From positions 99,944,001-100,008,000 of the forward strand of contig NC_043003.1 of assembly GCF_006345805.1 (NCBI RefSeq): 64,000 nt of DNA, given 5' to 3'. This document shows, piece by piece, positions 26,201 to 37,442 of this stretch. The notes under the pieces are model-generated. The model did not search any database and had not been told where the DNA came from. It saw only the letters and a program-made list of their open reading frames with translations. The DNA is from Octopus sinensis (lineage: Eukaryota). Numbering within the stretch: position 1 is the first letter of the stretch; each line of letters opens with the position of its first letter. Position numbers and translations under genes: made by a program.

Positions 26201-27365
26201 TGCCTGCAATGTATTTTTAAGTCATGAGTTTTAAAAAGAAAGGACACGTTGTATAAGGCAGTTCTACATACACTATATCTAAAAAGACAGAATAATCATG
26301 ACTGACATGCTTTGATCACATGTTTGCTTGATCAGAGCCGACTTAGGGCTAGATTCAACTGAAGAGTGAGGAGTTCATATCAGAGATGGGGATGAGTTCC
26401 CAAAACAACCCCTACGGTTAATCTATTCCTACTATAACGTGACAAACAGGAATTTGGGGGATATGATAAACTTAGGACATGTCACAACTAACGAGGCCAG
26501 AGAAAGAAGCATCAATCGTTACATATGAATGCAGAACTGAAACTCTAGCCCGAAATGATCTCTTTGTGCCACTTTTTGTGATAATTAAAAGCTACCACAT
26601 CTTTGTAGTTTCTGAGATATCCGACACGGAGGTGTGTGTGTGTGTGTAACATTAATATTCTGTAATGTGTCCGACTCAAAATTAGAAATTATGACAAATT
26701 ACGAACACCCTTACATAAAAATTAAGGGGGAAATGACGTACATCCATATGATAAGAATGAGCGCAGTGTCTTTTTAATGAGTATAGATTGATAAATAGCC
26801 CTTCATATGGATTTTATTCGTGTGAAGTGGATCAGTGCCCGTAGCTTATTACAGGTTAGAAATTAGTGAATACAGACGAGAACAAAGTGGTGAATTTGAA
26901 TGATGCTTGCATGACGAAAACCAAACGGATAAAATGTTTAGTATGAAATATAAGAGGTGCAACACCAAAGATTCGTACATTGGACAATGTGTGTGTGTGT
27001 GCACAAATGTGTAGACGTGTATGAAAGCTTGTGTGTATGAATGTATGTGCATACTTTTTTAATGTAAAGTAATAGGTTTTAAATCTTTTTAATGTTCACA
27101 ATTAAATATCAAATATTAATTCGCTTTTTTTCGTTTTTCTCCAGAAGGCCGACTTAGAGCATAGCTCCACCTCTGACAGCTTTCTTTTAAAACCGTTAGC
27201 TGTTTCTATATTCAGTGTTCAAGTTTTCAGAAAACATAAATAATATATTGAAATACAAGAAATAATAGTAACAGTAACATAACCTTCCATCCTGCTGGCT
27301 CCGTCTTCGTTTTTCATGCGATTTTCTTGGTCCTTTTTACTCTTCATACTTTCATGGCCTGCCAT
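11248..27365 (-). CDS. BLOC1S2: BLOC-1 subunit 2 gene, spliced CDS join(27365..27284,25680..25564,22523..22404,18970..18866,11279..11248), 151 aa
   Basis: All introns GT-AG and phase 1; 456 nt in total; product ...[103 protein letters not shown] matches the BLOS2 family as I recognise it. Confidence 0.95.
13200..13850 (-). mobile_element. Penelope-like element remnant (GIY-YIG endonuclease)
   Basis: Minus-strand peptides [31 protein letters not shown] and [12 protein letters not shown]...LCKL resemble a degenerate Penelope GIY-YIG domain. Confidence 0.65.
14807..15090 (-). mobile_element. 3' tail fragment of the RTE family ((CAT)n + ttccatgctggcatggg end)
   Basis: Same 3' end as the LINEs at 1..1785 and 61811..63975. 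Further copies or derivatives at about 18590, 22900-23055, 24440, 25195, 26000-26140, 40660, 51050, 52680, 58400-58560. Confidence 0.75.
15105..18012 (-). mobile_element. hAT transposon remnant with BED zinc finger transposase
   Basis: ORF 16425..17033: [18 protein letters not shown]...KH (BED) and [12 protein letters not shown]; ORF 16078..16398: [18 protein letters not shown]; TTGCCAACCCT terminus at 18002..18012 preceded by ATGCTA subterminal repeats. Left boundary uncertain. Confidence 0.75.
18866..18970 (-). CDS. BLOC1S2: BLOC1S2 coding exon 4 ([35 protein letters not shown])
   Basis: Acceptor TTTTCTCTACAG, donor GTGAGT; highly conserved BLOS2 peptide. Confidence 0.95.
19850..21300 (+). 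mobile_element. piggyBac transposase remnant (PGBD2/3-like)
   Basis: Fragments [42 protein letters not shown] and a Cys-rich C-terminus (CGKCDINLC); many frameshifts; termini not identified. Confidence 0.8.
22404..22523 (-). CDS. BLOC1S2: BLOC1S2 coding exon 3 ([13 protein letters not shown]...VELDDK)
   Basis: Acceptor TTATCTGTAG, donor GTGAGT; lies within ORF 22318..22569. Confidence 0.95.
24803..25189 (-). mobile_element. Non-autonomous Helitron (387 bp)
   Basis: On the minus strand: A|TCTCTCTCTATATAAA 5' end, GC-rich subterminal hairpin (cccggcgttgctcagg) and CTAG|T 3' end; no TSD. Confidence 0.75.
25564..25680 (-). CDS. BLOC1S2: BLOC1S2 coding exon 2 (DSNKVEDL...LRGELE)
   Basis: Acceptor TTTCAG, donor GTACAG; lies within ORF 25499..25795. 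Confidence 0.9.
27284..27365 (-). CDS. BLOC1S2: BLOC1S2 coding exon 1 ([27 protein letters not shown])
   Basis: ATG in AAATAATGG context, open frame, phase-1 donor G|GTTATG compatible with exon 2; peptide is not conserved, so less certain. Confidence 0.7.
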
Positions 27366-27924
27366 TATTTACATCGCTTATGTCAGGAAAAATAACATCC
27401 AGTAAGTAGTATTTTAATTACACGGGATAAAAAGAAAAAAGGGGAAGAGTCTTGTTTTAAATTTATATTTATAAGAAATATTAATTTAGACCATTTGTCC
27501 AAGCAATTTTTTCACATTATATATATATAATTATATTTATATATTTCTCTGTGTACAGGAAATATAACAAAATTCAGACGAAATCACGAAGTTTTTCCCA
27601 TACTTTTGAAATATTTTCATTCTTGTTTAATATATAGAAACATACTTTAATAAATTCTGTATGAAATTTCAGTGAAATATTCAAGTCGTTTATAACGACT
27701 TAAGCGGACCTAATTGTGCAGACTGACATTTGTGACAACACCCCAAACCTTAAGATTTCTAATTTAGTTGAAATATTCCTGATAAAATTTTATGTCTACA
27801 ACTCAAGGACAGTTCGGGTTGTATACTATATTACATTGCAAAAAAAATTGTGAAAGTAAAATACAAAAACAAAAGGAAAAATTAACAGAAGTGACTTCAA
27901 AGTGTAAATAAACTGAAAGGGATC

Positions 27925-28728
27925 TTTTCCTTTTGAACGGCAGTTTTCAACACAATTTCTAGTTAACTAAACACTTTTAAACTTCGTATACTGATAGAAT
28001 GTGTTTATAAAACATCATTTTTTCTTAGCTTTGTTGAGAAAATTCTATAGTTTGTAAGATATTTCCACTTTAAAATCGAGCATTTCGGCAATTTTAACCA
28101 ATCAAATACGTCCATTTAGGTAAACAACATTCCGTGCTGTATGAATATGTCCCCCCTTTAAGAAACAGATTGGGTTTATTTACATTTGCGAAGAAAAAAA
28201 GATATCCTTCCCCCACCCTAACCCTAACCCCACCCCTAACCATAACTCTAAACCTAACCCTAAAATAGATTGAAATGCAATAGATCGATACTAGGGTTAT
28301 AATTATGGGTGACAATTTCATTTGACACCGCTAGAAAAAAATCCCATTTTCCATAGCGGTGTTGTATGAAATTGTCACCCATAATTATAACCCTAGTATC
28401 GATCTATTGCATTTCAATCTGTTTTAAGGTTAGGGGTGGGGGAAGGGTATCTTTTTTTTCTTCACAAATGTAAATAAACCTAATCTGTTTCTTAAACGAG
28501 GGACATATTCATACAGCACGGAATGTTGTTTACCTAAATGGACGTATTTGATTGGTTAAAATTGCCGAAATGCTCGATTTTAAAGCGGAAATATCTTACA
28601 AACTATAGAATTTTCTCAATAAAGCCAAGAAAAAATGATGTTTTATAAACACATTCTACCAGTATACAAAGTTTAAAAGTGTTTAGTTAACTAGAAATTG
28701 TGTTGACATCTGCCATTCAAAAGGAAAA
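27925..28728. mobile_element. Large foldback element (~400-bp arms, 20-nt loop) containing CCCTAA-like repeats
   Basis: 27925..28333 is the near-perfect reverse complement of 28354..28728; a ccctaaccctaaccc cluster at about 28215..28262 is contracted in the right arm. Confidence 0.85.
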
Positions 28729-29299
28729 AATTCACTGAAAGTAATAACACACAAATCTCCTTTGTCTTTATTACAGATTTATAGTCAAATGTAGATGCAG
28801 CACATACATATGTAAGGGTGGCGATGTGGTTAATGGTAAATATCAGAATGGAGGGGAGGTAAGAGATCCAGAAGAGGCTCACGAAGGCAGTGGTGATGAA
28901 CAGTAGCCTAAGAGGTGTTGAGAGCAAGAGTATCTTAAATCTGCAGGTAGATGAGAAAGTAGATGATGTGCAGGTTGTACGAGTGGGAAATGAGGGAAGC
29001 ATGAAGAACAGTGAGAGAAATGGAAGTGAGAGGTATATAAGGGTGGCTATAGTGAGTGAGGTGACAATGGCACAAGGGTCATCAATGGCAGATATGAGAA
29101 AATATTGGGAAAGGAACGGTGTTAAAGGTGAGGTAGGGTGAACCTAAGATGTAGCTCAGAAGAGGTAGGAGAGAGATAACTGAAAGCACTGTAAAGAGGG
29201 TTGTAACATATTTTGATTTGATATTTTATAAATTATGTCCCTTTGAGTACACCTTAAAAAAAGTGTCACATGACTTAATATAAAAAAAGAGATAACCAA

Positions 29300-31860
29300 G
29301 TTGGCAAAATAAAGTAACACATTTAAAAATCTGTTTCATTTGTGCAAACCAACAACACACAATGGTAGCAGCAAGACAGCAATATGCCAGAGAACTTAAT
29401 GACTACAAAAAAGAAAATTGCAAGTAATTGCTAAGGTGATAACAATATGGTGAAGGAGTTAAAATTTATCTTCTTTTTTTTTTTTTCAAACGTATCCAAG
29501 TGAGTTGGATCAAACAGCAAACATCAAAGATGATGGCATCAATAATCCTGTCACCAAGTTTCATTTGGTCAAATGAGAATGAATGCAAGGCTTGTAATGA
29601 ATGAGTCCATTTTATGAGCTCTTACTTCACTATAAACAAAACAGAAGAAAAACTGAAACACAACTATGTTTTACTTAGCTCAAGAAACATCAGCAAATGT
29701 ATTCAGAATTTTTGAAGCCCATTTGATACAAGAATCAAACAAATGGGTTGAATGATTAGAGTTCTCATCAATGCAGCAAATTGAAGAGTCAACAGACAAA
29801 TATTTAGTTAAACCTAAATCAAAATCAAATGGATGTGACTTTGGCACAAATAAGGAGACATGACTCTTTTAACAAACAATAAAAGGACTGAAGTAGAGAG
29901 ATGAAAAAAGAAATCTTATAAACAAACTAAATCATACACTAGAGTTAGTCATTGAAAGCATAAGGACATATGAATCTATGATGAAATACAGTACAGCTTA
30001 TAATGATGCCAGTGAAAGAAAAACAGATACATGTCATGAAGTAACAATGAAAAATACCAGACAGTGGGGAAGATGTAGAAATGTTCACAGAAAGAAAAAA
30101 AGAAGACTGTTATGCATACAAAAAAGAATGCAGAAAATGCCATAGACTACACCATTCCGAAAAATTTTGCCATACAAAAGCAACTACATACCATAACTGA
30201 AACTGCAGTCCACATAGGTGTAGAAAACAAAGCTCATAGAAGACCAAAAAACAAGGCCCATGCTGGCACAGAAAACAAAATAAAGAATACCACTTACAAA
30301 TCGGAATATCATTCAAATGAAGACAACTTGTATTTATACACTATGGAAAACAAAGAAAACAAATGTCTTAGTAACAGCAACTGTAAGGAAATATTTATTA
30401 TCATAGACTCCTGTGAAAGTACAAAATAAAGATAGTCAGTGGAGTCAATGGAAACATATTACCACTCAAATTGAATAAAAAAGTGTACCCCTGAAATATT
30501 GATAAAAAATACTTGCAAATCAGCAAGTCTCCAAAGAGCTCAAACTACCCTATGAAGAGTGAATGACACCAGAATACCATAGTATGGTTCAGCAGTCCTC
30601 AGCATTAGACAAGAATTTTCATACCAAATGAGCCAAACTTTTTGTGTGACAACGATCCAGCACCTTGGTGCAAATCACCTGTAGTATTACATCATCAGAT
30701 ACCAAAAAAAAATAATGCAAAGGATAGAAGACCTTGAAAGTAAATACCCTGACATACTTTAAGGTATTGGAAAATTCCCAGAGAAATAGAAAATACACAT
30801 TGTAGAAAATACAACATCAGTGATACATCCTCCAAGAAAATATCCAATGCACTCGAAAGATAAAATAAAGAAACAATCAGACAAAATGGAAGATATTGGT
30901 GTGATTTCAAAAGTAAACGAATCAAAAGATTAATTACATTTAGCAGAAAGAAAAATGCATATGCTTAGGTCCAAAACTAGTGAATTAAAAGAACTTACCT
31001 CGAGACATCAACTCTTGAGGAAATTTCCAAATATTTAGCTGGTGCTAAATATTTTGCAAAATTAGATGAAGAATATGGATACTGGGCAATACATCTTGAT
31101 AAGGAATCAAGTTTGCTTTCCTACATCAATACTCTTTTTGCTAGATACAGATACTTAAGGTGTCCTTATGTCTCAGGGCCAAATACTTGAAGACTGCACA
31201 GAAGCCATTGGTATATCTGATGATAGTTGCATGCATGGCAAAATAATTCAAGAGCATGATAAGAACATAAGGATAATAGATACAGCCAGAAGATATGGTC
31301 TAGTTTTCAACAAAGAAAAGTGTCCAATAAGATAAAAACAGATCAAATTTCATGGTCTTATCTGGGATAAAAATGGCTCTCACCCAGATCCAGAAAAAAT
31401 GTGACAAAATCAAACCAAAGCCCATACCTACAAAACATGAAGAATTTCAGGTATTGGATCATACCTAGGTATGATCCAATACCTGAACCCTTACATACCA
31501 GGACTTAGTTTTCGAACAGCTCCATTGAGATCACTACTCAAGGAAGACACTGAATGGCAATGGAATAATACACGTGAAAAAAGCTTTAGAAAAATTGAAA
31601 GATTGTGTTCATGAAAACATCTGCTTAACTTATTTCAAACCTAATGCAAAGATGTGATCCAGGTAGATTCAAGCATGTTTGCTCTAGGTGCAGCACTAAT
31701 CAATGGTGGTAAGATTGTTGCTTTTCTTAACAAAAGACTGACTGATGCTGAGCTAAGATAATGCAAACATAGAAAGAAAGCTATTTGCATTTGTTTGATT
31801 GTGAGAAATTTCATGCATAAATGTACGGGAAAGAGCTCCCAAGGCCAAAGGCAGATTCAT
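29300..31860 (+). mobile_element. Ty3/Gypsy LTR retrotransposon pol remnant (protease-RT-RNase H)
   Basis: Fragments SGVNGNILP (protease-like), KLDEEYGYWAIHLD, GISDDS, GLVFNKEKC, HPDPEK and VDSSMFALGAAL; heavily disrupted; LTRs not found. Confidence 0.8.
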
Positions 31861-32578
31861 TTAGTAAGATCAACAGAACATACCACGAGGACAAACTGAC
31901 TCAAATTTGACAAATATATCTCAAAAAACAAAAACACTATTATTTTTTCATAATACAGTTGTCATACAAATAAACAGGCTAGTTAAAATCTGCTTGTGAC
32001 ATATTTCAACTTCTAATTATGATTTTATTCAACATATTCCCCTCTCAGATTCACGCACTTATTTCAGCAGTCCTTCAGTTTTCCTAAGGCCTGTGAAAGA
32101 ACTCAGAAGGTTGGGCCTCTAGCCAGGCCTTTTGCAATACCTTTAAAGCCAGGAACATTTCAGCACCTTTCATGTGTATGTGTGTTTCACTTGGTGTCTG
32201 ACTGAAGGAGCACCTATAGCATATCACTGAGGGACTACTTAATTTTTACCCTCTCTACTTGTCAATCAAAAGAGGTAAATTCTGTTACTGTTTCTCTCTC
32301 ATATTTCCATCGGTCTCCAAGCTGTCACACAGATGAACACAACTACTAATGAAATGGACAACAGAACTTCAACTAATCTTTATACAAACTCAAAGCAGTT
32401 GCTTTTTATAGTTTAACAGTAAAATAAAAACCAGTTAGACTATTACTTTCTTGCCTTCAAACCATACCCATTACATACTTGGTGATACCTCAGAATCAGA
32501 TTTTAATCTATCTCAACCAGAGTATCAAAGTATGACATATCAACAACTACATGTAACTGTTACATATATATATATATA

Positions 32579-32905
32579 TATATTATATTAAATTAGAGAC
32601 AAAACCACTATTAGGCAAATCAAACAATGAAAAACTTTAGCCAATACATAATATTATTTATTTATCTTGGCGAGGTTTAAACCTCGCCAAGATAAATATT
32701 TAAACCACCTGATGAATGACTGTAACTCGAAAATTTAAAGAAATTAACAGCCATGAAACGATCGTAGTGTTATATTAATTATATTTTTTTAATAATTTTG
32801 TTATATATTTAAATAATATAAATTAAATAATATTATGTATTGGCTAAAGTTTTTCATTGTTTGATTTGCCTAATAGTGGTTTTGTCTCTAATTTAATATA
32901 ATATA
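32579..32905. mobile_element. 327-bp element with perfect 82-bp terminal inverted repeats, an internal 40-bp palindrome and a hammerhead motif (Penelope pLTR-like)
   Basis: 32579..32660 is the exact reverse complement of 32824..32905; palindrome 32659..32698; hammerhead core 32706..32769; left flank is a (TA)n tract. Confidence 0.8.
32706..32769 (+). ncRNA. Type I hammerhead ribozyme (minimal, palindromic stem III)
   Basis: CAC-CTGATGA-ATGACTGT..ACAGCCAT-GAA-ACGATCGT-A-GTG: stem I CAC/GTG, complete core, 8-bp stem II with one mismatch, self-complementary stem III, GUA cleavage triplet. Confidence 0.75.
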
Positions 32906-33169
32906 ATATTTTACTATAAAATTGGATTCAATCCTAAATCTGATTTTTCCCTGTAAGTTTGGATTTATTCCCTAATATTTATTATTATTATATATATAAT
33001 CAAAATAAGCAACAAGGATATCCAGAGGTAATGCAGTACGATCATTTCATGTGACTCCATTTAATTAACCCCATTTTGAATTATATGGATAATACCTTAC
33101 TAAATTCTGGTGCCTTTAACTTAAGTACCATATTCATCTGAATATATATATGTATGTAAACATATATAT

Positions 33170-33520
33170 ATGGGGCCCTCTCAGAGGAAACACAAATTCT
33201 TGAGTGACATCCCCCAGGGAATTGCCCTGGGGCTGTTACTGTTTATAGTAGCACTCTTAGACATGCCCATGGTCACTCAGTCAGCCACTGTCACTAGTTA
33301 TACCAATAATACAAAATTATTACAGGCAATAAAGAATCCAGATGAACAGAGCCTATGGAGGGATCTAAAGGCAATATACAAATGGGCTGAGGAAAACAAC
33401 ATGCAGTTTAATGCTGGAAAATTTCAAGCACTGCACTCTCTGCTCACAAATGCACTGCAGCCTGCATATACAGGATTTGAAAGCACTGCAATCAGAATCA
33501 CAAGCAGGATGAAACAATAA
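33170..33520 (+). mobile_element. CR1/L2-like LINE RT fragment
   Basis: PQGIALGLLLF, SYTNNTKL (degenerate YADDTKL), DLKAIYKWAEENNMQFNAGKFQ. Confidence 0.75.
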
Positions 33521-33947
33521 CCTCACATGCAGTGTAGATAAGGGCAGCAGTGCCAATTTCCCTCGTATATCAAATGAACCAACAACTAAGGGTAACATAT
33601 ACCAAAGAATGACATGTAAAAGTACAAAATCATTGTGGTGCTCCAGCTGAAATGAATTAAAAGAATGTATATGCGTGCGTGCGTGAAGAATGTATATGCG
33701 TGCGTGCGGGAAGAATGTATATGCGTGCGTGCGTGCGTGAAGTGAAGAACATGTATATAGTGCATGTGCTTATTTGGTACAAAAAATAGAAAAAGACCAT
33801 CCAAAATATACATATACAGGATGTGATGGGTAAATTGTTGCCATTTTATATTTTTAATTTCTCGCATGCACATTGTTTGTTGGTGATTTTGTTGACTACA
33901 CAGTATAGTAGGGTCAGTTGAGCACAGTCTGTGAGAAAAACAGCACC

Positions 33948-34105
33948 ATGATGCAATTCACTCTGCCAGAAATTTGGAAAGAAAATGCTACACTGCTTGG
34001 CATTCATGCCAGAAGCACCAATACGAATGTTTCAGAGTGTTTGGGTGTGAATCTGAGGACGGTGCAGAGGATTCGGAAAGAGCTGGATGAGTCTAATGCT
34101 GATTA
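33948..34105 (+). mobile_element. Tc1/mariner transposase N-terminal HTH fragment
   Basis: MMQFTLPEIWKENATLLGIHARSTNTNVSECLGVNLRTVQRIRKEL resembles a paired-like HTH. Confidence 0.55.
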
Positions 34106-34284
34106 TGGTCATAGAGTGACCAATGGTTTTGCATCCATAAAGCTTTTAGCTTTACAGATGGCTCATCATACTCCAATGGCTGCGGACATATGACCTCTTT
34201 TCAAACTGGAGATAGAAACCATTACAGTCAATTAGTTTCCTAAACAAAAAAGACATTATTATTATTGAGGTCATTGAATAATCT

Positions 34285-34980
34285 TCATCATCATCATCAT
34301 CATTTAACATCCGCTTTCCATGCTAGCATGGGTTGGACAGTTCAACTGGGGTCTGGGAAGCCAGAAGGCTGCACCAGGCCCAGTTTGATCTGGCAATGTT
34401 TCTACGGCTGGATGCCCTTCCTAACGCCAACCACTCCATGAGTGTAGTGGGTGCTTTTTACGTGCCAGACGAGTCTGGCAAACGGCCACGATCGGGTGGT
34501 GCTTTTTATGTGCCACCGGCATGGGGGCCAGGCGAGGCTGGCAACGGCCACGAACAGATGGTGCTTTTTACATGCACCGGCACGGGGGTCAGGCGATGCT
34601 GGCAACGGCCATGAACGGATGGTGCTTTTTATGTGCCACCGGCAGAAGGCCAGTCGGGGCGGCGCTGGCAACGGCCACGAACGGATGGTGCTTTTTACGT
34701 GCCACCGGCACGAGACCAGTCTGGGCGGCGCTGGCAACGGCCACGTTCGGATGGTTCTCTTATGTCCCACCGGCACTGGTAACTCAGCTGCAATTTCCAT
34801 TGATCGATTTCGATTCTGATTCTGATTCTCACTTGCCTCAACAGGTCTTCACAAGTAGAGTTTTGTGTCCCAAGAAGGGAAGGTATGCATAAGTGGGCTG
34901 GCTACATCCCATGTAGAAGGCCACGGGTTATGATCTCACTTGTCCTGCCAGGTCTTCTCACGCACAGCATACTTCCAAAT
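34285..34980 (-). mobile_element. 5'-truncated RTE copy: 3' UTR with expanded ~62-bp [13 protein letters not shown]
   Basis: (CAT)n tail, ttccatgctagcatgggttgg end, 5-6 units of ggcaacggccacg..ggatggtgctttttacgtgccaccggca; homologous to 1080..1785. Confidence 0.85.
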
Positions 34981-35052
34981 AATAATAATAATAATAATAA
35001 TAACATTGAAAAGAGACATTGTCTGACACCTAAGTGAGATGGGTTATCACCT

Positions 35053-35054
<2 letters not shown>

Positions 35055-35100
<46 letters not shown>

Positions 35101-35660
35101 GTAAATGCCCTGATGCAGTACCAGGCAGTGGCTCTCATGGCTTCTGATCTTAACTGATTGGAAGTGTTATCATGTACATTGTTTTGTCTTGGTATAAAAG
35201 ATGGGCTACATCAAATATTCTGCTCAATACCACAGATTTGCTTGTCAGTTGTTTGACCTTAACCAGTTGAGCATGTCCCTTAGTGGCTGACGATATGTGC
35301 ATCTCTGATCACGAGCAGAAGTAGTGGGGGAGCATCATAGCCATGTGTTGAGAGGGATTCTTTGGGGTTTGAATAGTTCACCTCTGGAAACATGGGTGGT
35401 TCTTTCAACATCCTTAAACAACCCTTATTCAGGGACCGTTTGAGCGGGATGGGCTACTCAACCTGAAGAAAATTCTAACTGGGCCCCACCTGCAAGGTCA
35501 TGTGCTGTTTATCTTGATATGAGATCACCATGTCGCACACATATGGTTGTGATGCATGTGCCTGGTGTACCTTTATCAGACGGGTAGTCATGATGGGTAT
35601 ATTGGGCTTCGTATATGTTACCCCAGTGTCACTTTGATGGCATGAACTGCTCTCTCACTC
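35055..35660 (-). mobile_element. Retroposed insertion with (TTA)n tail and a long flanking direct repeat
   Basis: (AAT)n at 35055..35100; direct repeats at 34990..35054 and 35661..35725 (4 mismatches). Confidence 0.65.
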
Positions 35661-36323
35661 AATAATAATAATAACATTCAAAAGAGACATTGTCTGACAC
35701 TTAAGTGAGATGAATTATCACCTTTGAATCAGTCTGGTCAGCAAATCCCACATCTGCAGTAGGTAGCATTTGAAATACAGACAAGGGCTGTAGATCTCAT
35801 TTCTGGAGTTTAAAAGTGTCCCATGTCAAGCAAATCTTTTAGGATCCTTGCCCACTCTACTATGCAAAGCTTGTGTCATTACTCCCATTCATATAAGACC
35901 CTGATTGCTCTAGGAGTCTCCATTTAATTGAGTATGCATCCATGTCCTACTAGAGGCTCCCGAGCCCCCTTTTGCTAGACTTAAGTTAGGATTAGGTAGG
36001 GCTTAGCTGTGGTCCGAATCCAACTTGGGTTCGGGGGGGGGGTGTCAAAAGGGCCGGCATGTGCAACCTTATCACCTCTGCCTATCAAATTCCCAACCCA
36101 TGTGTTCCCGTCGTGACACTGATCCCGCAGAACTGGGTTGGGTGTGCTAAACAAAACCAGAAAATGCACTTTGACTGTCATAGATTTTCTTCATGCATGC
36201 AAGGGAACGGTGCCTTGAATGCCTTAATGTCTTTTAGGCTTCATTTTACAAAATAACGGTTCAATGAGTACAAAAAAGGGTAAAAAGGTAAAGGGCATTG
36301 CTTATCGACAAACTTTCTTACAT

Positions 36324-36352
36324 ACCCGGGTAACGCCAGGCTATGCTGCTAG
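36324..36352 (+). mobile_element. Helitron-like 3' terminus (hairpin + CTAG|T)
   Basis: acccgggtaacgccaggctatgctgCTAGt, related to the end at 24803..24830; 5' end not located. Confidence 0.55.
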
Positions 36353-36360
36353 TATATATA

Positions 36361-37430
36361 TAAATTAAATTAGAGATAAAACCACTATTAGGCAACTCAG
36401 TGATAGACATAAACCAAAACATAAAAAACAAAAAATAAATATAATTAATATATAATATATATATAAAATATAAAATTTAAATTATTAAAATTTTTAATTT
36501 TTAAATTTATATTTTTAAATTAAAAAATTTTTTTATATATATAACTAACCAAAAAGTATAAAAAAGTTAAATATAATATAATAAGTATATATATATATGT
36601 ATGTATGTATGTTTAAATTGTCTAAGAGATCATAAGTCAGGGAGAAGATGCACTCAGAGAAAATGCACTCATATAACGGCTAGTAGAGTGAGTATAATAT
36701 CCGAATTTTATAGTATTAAGTATCTATCACAGCTGGTCTTATCAATCAGTTTCGCACAAAAAATACAATTGAGTGTTAGGCAACAAAACAATTATATAAA
36801 TACGCTCATCAGAAGTAGCTGACATGGAAGTGAATATGGCAATTGCTCTCCACTTCTGGAGATGGATTAGCACAACCAGTTGGCGTCTGCTGTAAAAAAA
36901 GGTAGTGGAATGAAAAAAAGGAACACAGGATATACTCAAAATTAAGTCCCTTGGTTAGGTATGTTGTGGAGCCAACAAAAGTTATTATTGGAGTTGAGAA
37001 AGTGTGTATCAATAATGTCGTTACTCTGCGGGGATGGGGTGTGTGGTGTGTACAGCAGTGTTATATGTATATATTTTTCTGGAGGTTTTATATATATAGA
37101 AGCTTTTCTGGGGGTGTAGGTATCTGTAAAGGATAAAGTTGTGGGTTTTTTTTATATTAGTGTGCGGTGTGTAATGTATGTGTGAGTAGGATTTGTTTAT
37201 ATTTGGGAGTATAATTTGCGTGAGGGGGTATGTGTTGGGGTGGTGGAAAAAAGGCTTTAGTTACTAATTAAAACATTTGTTGTTGTGCATGTTATGAGGT
37301 TATTACCCAGGTAATATTGAATATATATATATTTCATTCTATAATGGCTACCTCTGAAGAGTGCAGGGTTATGTAATTGGACTCTTAGCTAACACTCCGT
37401 TGAACCCCTAGTGCGAAATCGAGTAGCAAG
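36361..37430. mobile_element. Penelope-like inverted pLTR pair with two decayed hammerhead motifs
   Basis: Starts with aaattagagataaaaccactattaggcaa (same terminus as 32579..32905); CTGATGA..GCGAAA on minus (36812..36750) and CTGAAGA..GCGAAA on plus (37354..37418) share aattg..taacactc internal sequence. Confidence 0.55.
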
Positions 37431-37442
37431 ATCAACCGTAAT

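Noticed and set aside
28215-28262. Telomere or chromosome-fusion site
   Set aside because: Only a few degenerate units, inside the arm of a foldback element.
34440-34775. CRISPR-like repeat-spacer appearance (also 56735..57095)
   Set aside because: The variable segments are homologous to each other, the array is part of a LINE 3' UTR, the context is eukaryotic, and there are no cas genes.
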